Virus record (IMG/VR): IMGVR_UViG_3300010371_000010
Coordinates: 1-52,844 of that record
DNA: 52,844 nucleotides
DNA from: a virus
Taxonomy: Duplodnaviria > Caudoviricetes
Direction: 5' to 3' (one strand)
Under the pieces are notes generated by a model that did not search any database, had not been told where the DNA came from, and was given only the letters and a program-made list of their open reading frames with translations. Positions 28,175 to 37,457 of the stretch are shown here, piece after piece. The first letter of the stretch is position 1. Each line of letters begins with the position of its first letter. The position numbers and the translations under genes were made by a program.

Positions 28175-28422
28175 GCCGCTGCTCTGCCCGGCTCTCCACG
28201 CTTCTCGCGGGGGCTGGCGGCGGCGCCCATCACAAAGGCGGCGGCTGGAATCTTGGTGACGACCTCAAGCGCGCGGGCCGTCTTCGGCCGAGGCGTGCTG
28301 TCGCCATACTTGATCCGGTTGACCTGGGAACGCGAAATGGCCTCGCCAGTCTCAGCGACCACGCGGGCCGCGAGCTGGGCATCCGTCAGGCCGGTCAGAT
28401 CCATCCATTCCTTGAGCGTCAT
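28171..28422 (-). CDS. cro: Cro-like HTH repressor
   Basis: MTLKEWM...LTDAQLA...ISRSQVNRI..G...P; divergent from cI. Confidence 0.82.
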   Translation of the reverse strand: MTLKEWMDLTGLTDAQLAARVVAETGEAISRSQVNRIKYGDSTPRPKTARALEVVTKIPAAAFVMGAAASPREKRGEPGRAAA

Positions 28423-28432
28423 GGTCAGGCAA

Positions 28433-28518
28433 TGTGCACTGAGTGCGCAAAGCCGTCAAGCCCGCGCGCGCTTTCGGTGATCTGGCAGTGCTACGTCTTG
28501 TCGCGCACCCTGTGCACA
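28433..28518. promoter_or_regulatory. OR-like operators TGYGCA-N5-TGCRCA (28433-28449, 28502-28518)
   Basis: TGTGCActgagTGCGCA and CGCGCAccctgTGCACA between the divergent cro and cI genes. Confidence 0.75.
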
Positions 28519-28838
28519 TGGCTCGGCGGGCGCCCCAAACTCGGCATTTCATTCGCGCTTGGCGGAAGGCGCGGGGGCTCACCCTTGAGCAGCTGTCCGA
28601 GCGCATCGGCATGAGCCACCAGAACCTAGGCAAGGTCGAGCGCGGCAAGGTTCCCTACACCCAGACGCTTCTTGAGCTTCTCGCAGAGGAGTTGCGCTGC
28701 GATCCAAAGGACCTGATTATGCGCGACCCGACCGACCCGGACGGCCTCTGGTCTATCTATGACCAGCTTGGGCCCGTTCAGCGGCGCCAGGTGGTCGAGA
28801 TCGCCAAGACGCTCAAGCGCACCGGCACCGACGACTAA
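28518..28838 (+). CDS. cI: CI-like XRE repressor (no peptidase domain)
   Basis: IRAWRKARGLTLEQLSERIGMSHQNLGKVERG; only 106 aa. Confidence 0.85.
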   Translation: MARRAPQTRHFIRAWRKARGLTLEQLSERIGMSHQNLGKVERGKVPYTQTLLELLAEELRCDPKDLIMRDPTDPDGLWSIYDQLGPVQRRQVVEIAKTLKRTGTDD

Positions 28839-28913
28839 CCCTCTCAAGTCGCTCTAAAAACTCGCGCCCTATGCACGGCCGATTCCGCGGTCGCGCCTTG
28901 CCACGAGAAAAAA

Positions 28914-28965
28914 TGCTCACCTAAAGCGCATTTTCCGCTTGCAGTGTTTGCGCATCGGATGCACA
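28914..28965. promoter_or_regulatory. OL-like operators (28914-28930, 28949-28965)
   Basis: TGCTCAcctaaAGCGCA and TGCGCAtcggaTGCACA share the OR consensus. Confidence 0.75.
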
Positions 28966-29004
28966 TTCCTCCCCATAGCCGAATGAGCGGCGGGAGAGAG
29001 AGCG

Positions 29005-29388
29005 ATGGCCGGTGACGTGACGCAGGCGCTTCAGTTGGCGTTCGACAAGCTGGGCGAGATTGCCCAGCACTACGGCCCTTCCGCGCTCGATCTCGCCACG
29101 CGGGCGGAGCGGATGCAGGGCATCGCCTCGATTGTCGAGGGTGCCTTTGCGTTCGGCATTTCGGCCCTTTCCATCGCTGCCCTTCGTCATGCGCTGAAGA
29201 AGCTCCGCGAAGACGATGACGACGCGCCATGGGTCGTCGTGCTCGTCATCGGCGCCGTCATTGGGATGATTAGTTTCTTCGTCGGCTGCGCTGGCCTGTT
29301 CGATGTCTGGGCCTGGACCGCACTGTTCGATCCGAAGCTTGCGCTCGCCCATGACGTGCTGAGCGCGCTCACGGCGAAAGCCTCCTGA
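29005..29388 (+). CDS. Membrane protein (2 TM)
   Basis: Two hydrophobic segments; SD GGGAG. Confidence 0.65.
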   Translation: MAGDVTQALQLAFDKLGEIAQHYGPSALDLATRAERMQGIASIVEGAFAFGISALSIAALRHALKKLREDDDDAPWVVVLVIGAVIGMISFFVGCAGLFDVWAWTALFDPKLALAHDVLSALTAKAS

Positions 29389-29424
29389 CCCCTGAACGCC
29401 AAGCCTCCCAGAGGACAGCCTGAA

Positions 29425-29706
29425 ATGACCATCCTGCACGCCCGCGAAAGCGCTCCCTGGTCCGGCCCGAACCCCGAACAGTTCCCCGACACCTGGGGCA
29501 CGCTGTTCGCCAAGAACCTGGGCCCCTCCCCTCACCTGAGCAACCGGGGCTCGATCACCTTCGCCCTCTACTACGACCGTGAGTGTGAGCGGGAGTTCGC
29601 AAGGCACGCTGGCGCTGACGAAGTCGCGTCGGGGGAAGTCATCCAATCGGGCAGGCGGTTCGATGTGGTCGACACGTCGGCTTCGGCCCAATCGAGGGCG
29701 GCTTGA
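29425..29706 (+). CDS. Hypothetical protein
   Basis: SD GAGG; operon position. Confidence 0.55.
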   Translation: MTILHARESAPWSGPNPEQFPDTWGTLFAKNLGPSPHLSNRGSITFALYYDRECEREFARHAGADEVASGEVIQSGRRFDVVDTSASAQSRAA

Positions 29707-29855
29707 TGCGCTGGCCCGAAGCCATTCTCTGGATGGTGGTCATCCTCGGCGTGACGAGCTGCACGGCTGTCGGCACGTGGTCTGACGCTCAGGTGCGGCT
29801 CGCCAAAGCCAAGGCCACCGACTGCGCGTCTGCCACTCCGCACAAGGGTTCCTGA
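29706..29855 (+). CDS. Small putative lipoprotein (49 aa)
   Basis: MRWPEAILWMVVILGVTSC; TGATG coupling; below the ORF-track cutoff. Confidence 0.5.
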   Translation: MRWPEAILWMVVILGVTSCTAVGTWSDAQVRLAKAKATDCASATPHKGS

Positions 29856-29856
29856 T

Positions 29857-30081
29857 ATGCGCCCGACCCCCTCCCAAGTCCAAGCGGCGGACGAACTGAT
29901 CGAACTCCGCCTCTTACGCGACATGACCCGCGAAGCCCTCGGCCTGCCCGAGTGGACGCCGGTTTCCCGGATCACGTCGGCGGCCACCACGATCATCCGG
30001 CTTTCCGATGCGAGGCCGAGTTTCGATGACGACGACCTCGAAACCATCCTTTGGGAAAGACAGCATGGAGAGGGGAGATGA
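29857..30081 (+). CDS. Hypothetical protein
   Basis: Coupled in the early operon. Confidence 0.5.
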   Translation: MRPTPSQVQAADELIELRLLRDMTREALGLPEWTPVSRITSAATTIIRLSDARPSFDDDDLETILWERQHGEGR

Positions 30082-30434
30082 GTTCATCTGGTGACGACAT
30101 TGCGGCTCGCCCAAGCGCTCGCCCCGAAACGCCGCTCTCCGCTGGACAGGTGCGCGAGAAGATCCTCGCCGGCGACGTTCAGCCGGGCGATCTGCTCGAA
30201 ACCGACGATGGCGCCCCGGTTCGAGTGGCGGCCATCCGCGAAGCCAAGTGGATCAAGGATGCCAATCACAAGCCGCTGCTGGAGTTCTTCGAGCGCCGCA
30301 ACGATCGCAGCGGCTTCCTGATCGGCCGCTCGGACGAAGTCTTCCGCGTGCGCCCCAAGGGCCAAGGCCGCACCCCCGACCAGTCCGGCGATCCTCCACA
30401 GGTGGATGAAGACGGTCCTGGGAGGGAAGGATGA
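30078..30434 (+). CDS. Hypothetical protein
   Basis: ATGA coupling on both sides. Confidence 0.55.
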   Translation: MSSSGDDIAARPSARPETPLSAGQVREKILAGDVQPGDLLETDDGAPVRVAAIREAKWIKDANHKPLLEFFERRNDRSGFLIGRSDEVFRVRPKGQGRTPDQSGDPPQVDEDGPGREG

Positions 30435-30733
30435 GCCAGGAAGTTGTCCGCCGAATGGCCTTTCGCGAATGGTTCGGCCTGACCCCCGCGGGCGCCGAGA
30501 TCCTGGCCGTGCTCTACGGCGCCAACGGCTCGGCCTTGGAGCCCGAAGCCCTTGCCAAGGCGGCGGGCGTCTCCCCTAGGGCCATCGGCTATCACCTGTT
30601 CGCCGTGCGCCAAGCCCTGGAACAGGACGGTCTGGAGCATGTGCCTAGCCAGGGCTATCGGCTGTCCGAACCGGCCTTGGACGAATGCCGCGCCGCCCTC
30701 CGCACCATCGCAGAGGAGCTGCGAGCCCAATGA
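30431..30733 (+). CDS. Winged-helix DNA-binding protein
   Basis: FGLTPAGAEIL..L...LAKAAGVSPRAIGYHL..VRQAL...SQGYRL. Confidence 0.7.
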   Translation: MSQEVVRRMAFREWFGLTPAGAEILAVLYGANGSALEPEALAKAAGVSPRAIGYHLFAVRQALEQDGLEHVPSQGYRLSEPALDECRAALRTIAEELRAQ

Positions 30734-31826
30734 CCACCATAACCCAAACCCGCCGTTCCTCCAGGCTCTACATCTGCCCCGACTGCCAGAAGCCGATCAC
30801 GGCGACGGACATGCATTTCCCTGTTCGCAGGGATGGCAAGTTCACCGGCGAGCGGCGTCACATCGTCTGCCCGATCCCCGATGTGCCAAGGCCGCTGCAG
30901 TACCTCGGAGCCGCGCGCCGCGCCAAGTCCAACGGCTGGCTCATCCCCACCATCTCCATCCTCCTCGGCCTTCTCCTCGCCGCCTATGTGGTTGCGACCT
31001 ACTGGGGAGGGGGACAGTGAAGCGCTCGCACTTCGATCACGAGGTTGGGGCGTACTTCCCCTCAGACTTCCACCTTCCAGATCCAGAGCCCCTGTCCCTC
31101 AGTATCGCAAGGGCTGTTTGGGATGGAGTTGCAGTTGTCGGGATCGGCTGCGTGCTGTGGCTGGTTCTGCATGTGGTGGGGGCGGTTTGATGGCCGCCGA
31201 TTACGAAGTCCGTAACGCCGCTGGGGTCGTCCTTCGCACCTCGCCTGACCGCGGCCTAGCCGAGTCCATGGCGCGTGAGCTGGCCGAGCAATTCGACCAT
31301 GTCAGCGTCCAGCGGGTCATTCGCTACGAATGCCGGGAGATCATCTCCGAGTTCCTGTCTGAAAGGGAACGTGAGCGCAAGCAGGCGAGCGGGAGGGCGG
31401 CGTGATGGCGCGCCCCAAGCCAGCCCGAGGCAAAGGCTTCGGCATCCTGAACCCGTTCGGCGACCTCTGGACCTATCACTGGTTCGACACGGAAGCCGAC
31501 GCTCGCCGCTTCATCGCGGACTTCTGGCGCGGCAACCAGTCGGCGCCCGACCTGGACAAGTTCAAGGTCATCCCCGTCCGCGTGACCGTGTCGGCCCTCC
31601 TTCCGCGGGTGAAGCTCAGGAGCGTGGTCTGATGGCTGGCGATTGGGCCGACGAGCCACAGGCTGACGAGTTCGATGAGGCCGACGATCTCGATGTCTTC
31701 GAGGAGGCGGAGATAAACTGCGGCTCGCGCCGTAAGTGGCAATGTGACCTAGCCGGAACTGAATACTGCGACTGGTCATGCCCACTGCGTGATGAAGTCC
31801 TTCCGCCAAGGAAGGCGCGTCGATGA
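30730..31826 (+). CDS. Five small coupled hypothetical ORFs (30730-31020, 31017-31190, 31190-31405, 31405-31632, 31632-31826)
   Basis: Successive ATGA/GTGA/TGATG overlaps; the first two have TM segments and the last is acidic and Cys-rich. Confidence 0.55.
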
Positions 31827-32242
31827 CCCGCCAACCCCAGGAAGCCACGCCTAGGAAGGCGATGACAGATGCTCGCCGGGCGAAAATCTTCCTCGCTCAC
31901 AAGGGTCGGTGCGCCGACTGCGGCGTCAAGATCACGCGCGGCCAGGACGCCTATCAGATCGATCACCCCACACAACTCTGGATGGGCGGCCCAGATGAGG
32001 ACGATGTCTGCCGTCTCCTTTGTCAGCCTTGCTACAAGGCCAAGAACGCCAAGGACGCGACCGACCGCGCCAAGGTGAAGCGGCTGATACGCGACGCCGA
32101 TCCGGAACAACGCAAGTCCAGGCGTCCCCTTAAATCACGCGGGTTCGACAAAACCAAGTCGAAGCGCATGGATGGGACAGTTGTTGCCAGACGACAAAGA
32201 CCGAAACCCGAAGAACTTGCTTCGCATAATAGCGAGTTCTGA
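31823..32242 (+). CDS. Zn-binding HNH endonuclease-like protein
   Basis: CADC...IDH...GG.D....LCQPC..K. Confidence 0.75.
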   Translation: MTRQPQEATPRKAMTDARRAKIFLAHKGRCADCGVKITRGQDAYQIDHPTQLWMGGPDEDDVCRLLCQPCYKAKNAKDATDRAKVKRLIRDADPEQRKSRRPLKSRGFDKTKSKRMDGTVVARRQRPKPEELASHNSEF

Positions 32243-32277
32243 TAGAATAACAAAGCTTTGGTGAGGAGCCGAACACC

Positions 32278-33144
32278 ATGACCCAGCTAGTTGTTGCTTC
32301 GCCGTCCTATGGCGTCGGCGATATGGAGCGGATGGCGCGCGCTATCGCGGTGTCCAAGCTTTTCGGGGTGCAGAACGCCGAGCAAGCGTTGGCGCTGTGC
32401 TTGGTCGCCCAGGCCGAGGGCCGCCATCCGGCGACCGCGGCCCAGGACTACCACATCTTGCAGGGGCGCCCGGCGAAGAAGGCCGACGCCATGCTCCGAG
32501 ATTTCCTCGGCGCTGGCGGCAAGGTCCAGTGGCACGAGCTGAGCGACAAGATCGCCGACGCCAGCTTCACCCATCCGGCGGGCGGTTCGGCGCGCATCGA
32601 CTGGACAATCGACCGGGCCAAGCGCGCGGGCCTGACCACGCCCATGTGGTCGAAGTATCCCCGCCAGATGCTGCGCGCCCGCTGCGTCTCCGAAGGCGTC
32701 CGCACCGTGTTCCCGATGGCGACCAGCGGCATGTACGTGCCCGAGGAGGTCGCGGACTTCGAACCCACCACGGCCGCCGCCCCGGCCCCTGAGCCGCCCG
32801 TCGCCGTCGAGACGGTGGCGATCACCGATCAGCGGGACGCCGCACCGGCTGGGATCAAGCGCCTGACCTCCGCCAGGGCCAAGGAGATCGGCCTGCACGA
32901 TGACATCAAGGCCAAGGTGGACGCGCTGGACACGCTGGCGGCCTGCGACGCCTTCGATGAGCGGTTCGACACGATCACCGCGCAATGCCCGATGTCGTGG
33001 CTGGACAGCATCCGCAACATGGTCCTGCTCAAGCGGGAGGAACTGCAGAGCGCGCCCGAGGCAGACGAAGCCAACGAATACGCCGCCGAATTCGACCGGG
33101 CCTTCCGCGGCGCGGTCGGCGAGCCTGAGAGGGCGCCAGCATGA
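32278..33144 (+). CDS. Single-strand annealing recombinase (RecT/Redbeta-like)
   Basis: YHILQGRP...AKRAGL..WSKYPRQMLRAR...G.YVPEE. Confidence 0.8.
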   Translation: MTQLVVASPSYGVGDMERMARAIAVSKLFGVQNAEQALALCLVAQAEGRHPATAAQDYHILQGRPAKKADAMLRDFLGAGGKVQWHELSDKIADASFTHPAGGSARIDWTIDRAKRAGLTTPMWSKYPRQMLRARCVSEGVRTVFPMATSGMYVPEEVADFEPTTAAAPAPEPPVAVETVAITDQRDAAPAGIKRLTSARAKEIGLHDDIKAKVDALDTLAACDAFDERFDTITAQCPMSWLDSIRNMVLLKREELQSAPEADEANEYAAEFDRAFRGAVGEPERAPA

Positions 33145-33569
33145 GCGGGGAAGTCACCGTCATCATCGGCGACGCCGAAAGCCGTCGCATGGCCAAGGGG
33201 TTCGTGGACCGGGCGCCCGAAGGCGTGGCCATTGTCTTCCGCGAACCCTCGGATCGGACGCTTGAGCAGAACGACAAGCTCCATGCGCTCCTGACCGACA
33301 TCAGTCGCCAGGTCCGATGGCATGGCCGCTATCTGAGCGTGGAGGCGTGGAAGGACGTTTTCACGGCTGCGCTCCGGTCGCAGCGGCACAAGCTGGAGAC
33401 GGTTCCCGGCATCGACGGCGGCTTCGTGATGCTGGGCATGCACACCTCGAAGATGAGCAAGCGCGAGTGCGCCGAGCTGATCGAGCTGGTGCAGGCGTTC
33501 GGCGCGGAGCACGAGGTCCGCTTCAAGGCCTCCGCTCGCGATGAAGCTGCTGCGGAGAGAGCAGCATGA
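33141..33569 (+). CDS. ninB: NinB/Orf recombination protein
   Basis: RTLEQNDKLHALLTDISRQV.W.G..L..E.WK..F...TSKM. Confidence 0.92.
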   Translation: MSGEVTVIIGDAESRRMAKGFVDRAPEGVAIVFREPSDRTLEQNDKLHALLTDISRQVRWHGRYLSVEAWKDVFTAALRSQRHKLETVPGIDGGFVMLGMHTSKMSKRECAELIELVQAFGAEHEVRFKASARDEAAAERAA

Positions 33570-33735
33570 CCCCCTCCCATCCCCCCTTAGTGGGGGGGAG
33601 TTCAGATTCCGCCCGGAGCTTGCCGTGCGGCGCGTTCGAACACGCTGCCCCCTCGCTCAGCACTCCGATGGACAACATGGCCCCGAGGCTTCGGCCGTCT
33701 CGGGCGCATCCTCACGGCCGATGACGGAGAACTGC

Positions 33736-34005
33736 ATGTTCGGATTGAAGCGACCGCTTTCGATCACCCATCCGGAGCGGGGCGTCTACACGCACCGCGA
33801 GGACGACACCTATCGCCACGAAGACGATGACGACGATGTGCTCGACACGGCGCTGATGACCAGCGTCCTGATGGGCGAGGCCACTTCCTGTTTCGCCAGC
33901 GACGCCCTGTCCAGCTTCGCGGGCTCCTCGGATTTCTCGTCTGGCTCCGACTTCTCGGGCGGCGGCGGGGACTTCGGCGGCGGCGGCTCCTCCAGTTCTT
34001 GGTGA
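33736..34005 (+). CDS. Small protein with a Ser/Gly-rich GGGDFGGGG...W tail
   Basis: SD GGAG; tail of the type seen on TPM-domain proteins. Confidence 0.6.
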   Translation: MFGLKRPLSITHPERGVYTHREDDTYRHEDDDDDVLDTALMTSVLMGEATSCFASDALSSFAGSSDFSSGSDFSGGGGDFGGGGSSSSW

Positions 34006-34012
34006 GCGCGCC

Positions 34013-34264
34013 ATGATCCCCGCTTGGCTGATCCTCGCCGCCCTTGTCGTGATGGCCCTCGTCCTGATCACCGCCTTCGGAAAGCTCTACGAGGAGCGAT
34101 GCTGGACGTGGGGACCCATTGTTCTGGCGTGGCTGGCGGTCATCGGCCTTGCGCCGCTCTGGATACCCATTGGGCTGGCCGTTGGAGTCGTGGTCGGCCC
34201 AGTGATCCTGATCGGCATGGCGGGCACCCGGCTGGGGCTTCTCCTAGATCGGGTGCTTCCATGA
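34013..34264 (+). CDS. Small membrane protein
   Basis: Almost entirely hydrophobic. Confidence 0.6.
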   Translation: MIPAWLILAALVVMALVLITAFGKLYEERCWTWGPIVLAWLAVIGLAPLWIPIGLAVGVVVGPVILIGMAGTRLGLLLDRVLP

Positions 34265-34725
34265 CTCCTGACCAATCAGGCTCGGAACGAGCCGATGCCG
34301 CACAGGTCCATCAACCGATCCGGGAGGAACCCCACATGACCCCAGATGGACAGTGGCGGCCAGATCGGGAGGCCGTGGCGCGCATCATCGATCCGCGGCC
34401 CTTCGACATGATCTCTGCGCGAATGGATGCGGTGCGCCGATTCCAACGGCGTCAGGCCGCACGCGCCAAGGCCGACGCCATCCTGAATCTCGCCCCCACC
34501 ACCAACCAGTGGCGAGACATAGCCAGCGCGCCGAAGGATGGGACGCAGTTTCTCGCCTACGAGGACGGTGCTTACTACGCCCTGGCGTGGAACCCTGAGG
34601 AGGGCTTCTGGTGCAGCGACTGCGGCCAGCCGGTCGTGCGAACGCCTGAGCCCACCCATTGGATGCCTCGGCCGAAAGCTCCCCTCCCCCCTACTAGCAG
34701 TACCGGAGGGAAGGGAAATGAATAG
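34261..34725 (+). CDS. DUF551-like protein
   Basis: WRDIASAPKDGT...PTHWMP.P. Confidence 0.75.
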   Translation: MTPDQSGSERADAAQVHQPIREEPHMTPDGQWRPDREAVARIIDPRPFDMISARMDAVRRFQRRQAARAKADAILNLAPTTNQWRDIASAPKDGTQFLAYEDGAYYALAWNPEEGFWCSDCGQPVVRTPEPTHWMPRPKAPLPPTSSTGGKGNE

Positions 34726-35212
34726 GACCTCCGGTGCTGACAGTGCGGCGACGCCCGAACGCGCTGCCCCTGAACTCAGAGCCCTACTGGAAAGGGTCGA
34801 GGCGGCGACGGGGCCGGGTCGTGAACTTGAAATTGATCTCTGCGCCGCGCTCTTCGGCGGTTCTGCCGAGGGGATCGAGGAGGCAAAGAGGTCTCATCGA
34901 TTCCGGAGCACGCCCCTAGGTGGGCTACAAGAGCCCTTTCACTCGGAGCTTCGAAACTACACGGCCTCCGTAGACGCCGCCCTGGCGCTGGTAGAGCGGA
35001 AGCTCGCGGGATGGGAATGGGAAGCATCGTTCCTCGTGGGCCTCTACCGCTTTGAGCTTGGTGACCCGCTTCTCGGCTTTGTCGGGGAGAGCGCGGCTGC
35101 GCCCCTCGCCATCCTTGCCGCCCTCCTGAAGGCGCTCATCGCCTCCGACCCACCCCCTTCCCCCGCCCCGCAAAGCGCTCCTGACGCCCCTGGGAGGGTG
35201 AGAGATGAATAG
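34718..35212 (+). CDS. Hypothetical phage protein
   Basis: LLERVEAATGP.RELE...YTASVDAALALVER.L.GW family pattern. Confidence 0.65.
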   Translation: MNRTSGADSAATPERAAPELRALLERVEAATGPGRELEIDLCAALFGGSAEGIEEAKRSHRFRSTPLGGLQEPFHSELRNYTASVDAALALVERKLAGWEWEASFLVGLYRFELGDPLLGFVGESAAAPLAILAALLKALIASDPPPSPAPQSAPDAPGRVRDE

Positions 35213-35504
35213 TGTCGCGCCGTCCTTGCGTGAGTCCGAGAGCGGTCGGATGTTCGATCCGTCTCTGTTCGGCAGCGTTCTTCGCGCGCGCCTGATAAGG
35301 CTCGGCCTCACCTATCGAACCGCCGCCAAGGAAATCGGCACATCCTGCGCCACGCTCAACCGCGTCGCTCGCGGACATGAGCCGGATGTCGAGAACTATC
35401 TGCGGATTGCTCACTGGCTTACCGATGACGGACTTGACCCAGTCTGGCTGAGCAATCGCAAGGACGGCGCGTCACCTCAAATCCAAGGCCCATCCAATGA
35501 CTAG
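35205..35504 (+). CDS. XRE-type HTH protein
   Basis: LTYRTAAKEIGTSCATLNRVARG..PD. Confidence 0.75.
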   Translation: MNSVAPSLRESESGRMFDPSLFGSVLRARLIRLGLTYRTAAKEIGTSCATLNRVARGHEPDVENYLRIAHWLTDDGLDPVWLSNRKDGASPQIQGPSND

Positions 35505-35868
35505 CCCCCCATCCATGTCGGGAGGGACCACAGCCTCCCGATCAGAACCGCCGCGCCAAGCTGGAGGGGGCGTAACCTCCGATGTCAGCGTGGTGTTCTC
35601 CGCCGCCCATCGCGATCCGCAGACCGGCGCGCTGCACGGCCACGACTATCAGGTCACGGCGACGTTTCCGGGCGAGCCGCTGCGTCGGTTCGAGGTGCTG
35701 CAGGTCAAGCTTCGAGAGACGCTGCACGGTCTGGAACACTCGGAACTGCCGCCCGAGCTTTGGTCCGCCGAGGCTCTGGCGCCTGCGATAGGGCGGCTTC
35801 TCGGCGATGCCATCAAGGTCGTGGTGGCGCGGCCCTGGCTCGGCCATTCGGTGACGTGGACGCCATGA
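35497..35868 (+). CDS. QueD/PTPS-like T-fold protein (short, lacks the catalytic Cys)
   Basis: FSAAH...LHGHDY.V...LEH..L...SAEALA; start uncertain. Confidence 0.75.
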   Translation: MTSPPSMSGGTTASRSEPPRQAGGGVTSDVSVVFSAAHRDPQTGALHGHDYQVTATFPGEPLRRFEVLQVKLRETLHGLEHSELPPELWSAEALAPAIGRLLGDAIKVVVARPWLGHSVTWTP

Positions 35869-36560
35869 TGCTCCATTTCCACGGGACTCCAATCACGCCC
35901 ATGTCGGCCCTCTACAGCCTCGCCGGCAAGTGCTTCTGCGTCTCGCACGTCCGGCCCGATCAGGTGGCCCGCGTGCATGAGATCGGGCAGTCCGTGATGC
36001 TCGATAACGGGGCCTTCTCTCGCTTCACCAAGGGCAAGTCTACCGACTGGCCGGGCTACTACGCTTGGTGCGACCGCTGGCTCGATTACCCCACCACATG
36101 CGCGGTGATCCCGGACGTGATCGACGCCGGATCGCAGGAACAAGACGCCCTAATCCGCGAATGGCCGCACGGCCCTAAGGGTGCGCCCGTCTGGCATATG
36201 GACGAACCCGTTGACCGGCTTGTCCGGCTTTCCGAAGCGTGGCCGCGCGTGTGCATTGGATCGACGGGCGAGTTCTGGCGCGTGCTGTCCGATCCGTGGC
36301 GGGCCCGCATGGATCAGGCCTGGAACGCGCTTTCCGCCGTCCACGCCAGGACCCCGAACGTCCACATGCTGCGCGGGATGCAGCTCAGCGGCCTGGAGTG
36401 GCCCTTCGCCTCCGTCGATAGCACCGACGTAGCCCAGAACCACAACCGCCCCCAGAACACGCCTCGCTCGCTCGCCGACCGCTGGGACGCCTCTCAGGCC
36501 GCTCCGCGCTGGCAAGCCCGCGCACAGCAGCCGGACCTTTACGACGGAGCCGCCGCGTGA
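35865..36560 (+). CDS. TGT/DpdA-like TIM-barrel protein
   Basis: VMLDNGAFS, IPDVI, PVWH, VHMLRG, ASVDST motifs; ATGA-coupled to the QueD-like gene. Confidence 0.65.
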   Translation: MMLHFHGTPITPMSALYSLAGKCFCVSHVRPDQVARVHEIGQSVMLDNGAFSRFTKGKSTDWPGYYAWCDRWLDYPTTCAVIPDVIDAGSQEQDALIREWPHGPKGAPVWHMDEPVDRLVRLSEAWPRVCIGSTGEFWRVLSDPWRARMDQAWNALSAVHARTPNVHMLRGMQLSGLEWPFASVDSTDVAQNHNRPQNTPRSLADRWDASQAAPRWQARAQQPDLYDGAAA

Positions 36561-36642
36561 ACCCTCCAGTGCAACACAGCGCCGATGACGGCCCTGGGAC
36601 GAACCCAAACCTCCCCAATCCCGCTCCTGGGAGAGACCAGGG

Positions 36643-36834
36643 ATGAGACCTTTTGGAACCTCGGGCCCGGACACGCCGAAGGCGCAGGCACACCGGCGCG
36701 CGGCTGGAGCCGTCAACACCCCTAAGCACAAGCTCATAGACATCGTCGCCCAACTGCGCACCGCAGGAGCGAACGGCAAGGCGAACAGCCTCGAAAACAT
36801 CATCCGCAGGCTGGAAGAATGGCAGCGCCCATGA
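36643..36834 (+). CDS. Hypothetical protein
   Basis: ATGA-coupled to the HNH gene. Confidence 0.5.
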   Translation: MRPFGTSGPDTPKAQAHRRAAGAVNTPKHKLIDIVAQLRTAGANGKANSLENIIRRLEEWQRP

Positions 36835-37400
36835 CCGATCCCACCACCTTAAACACCCTCCGGGAAGGCGAAGGGGTCGAATGGCGCCGACACCCGCATT
36901 GGCCTTACGAAGTGTCGCGTACAGGGCTCATCCGTAACGGCCGGGGCCAAGTGCTCCGCCCATGGCTCAATCACCGCGGCTATGAGCGCGTGCGCATCGG
37001 CCTGCGCGGCGGCACTCAGCATGACCGGGCGGTTCATCGTCTCGTCTATGAAACGTGGGTCGGGCCCGTCCCCGGGGGGCTGACCATCAATCACAAGGAC
37101 GGGCGGAAGCGAAACAATCACGTCAACAACTTGGAAGTTCTGACGTCCGCCGAAAACAGTAGGCATGCCGCCGCCCTTGGCCTCCTCGCGACGGGTGATC
37201 GCAATGGGGCTCGCTTGCATCCTGACCGGGTCCCTCGCGGATCCGCCGCCGGACCCGCAAAGCTAACTGAGGAGCAGGTCGTCGCCATTCGGACAGCTCG
37301 CGCGGCCGGTGAGCGCCTGTCAGCGCTTAGCGCCAGATACGGCGTTAGCGGCGCGCAGATTTCGAGGATCGTTCACCGGGCTTGTTGGACCCATGTTTAG
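36831..37400 (+). CDS. NUMOD4-HNH-HTH homing endonuclease
   Basis: YEVSRTG..VHRLV..INHKDGRKRNN..NLE..EN..HA; C-terminal HTH; same architecture as 11353..11865. Confidence 0.92.
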   Translation: MTDPTTLNTLREGEGVEWRRHPHWPYEVSRTGLIRNGRGQVLRPWLNHRGYERVRIGLRGGTQHDRAVHRLVYETWVGPVPGGLTINHKDGRKRNNHVNNLEVLTSAENSRHAAALGLLATGDRNGARLHPDRVPRGSAAGPAKLTEEQVVAIRTARAAGERLSALSARYGVSGAQISRIVHRACWTHV

Positions 37401-37457
37401 CGCCTCCGCCCTTTCCGCTCTTGAATCCCCCAATCCACCCAACAGTGAGGGGGCGAC

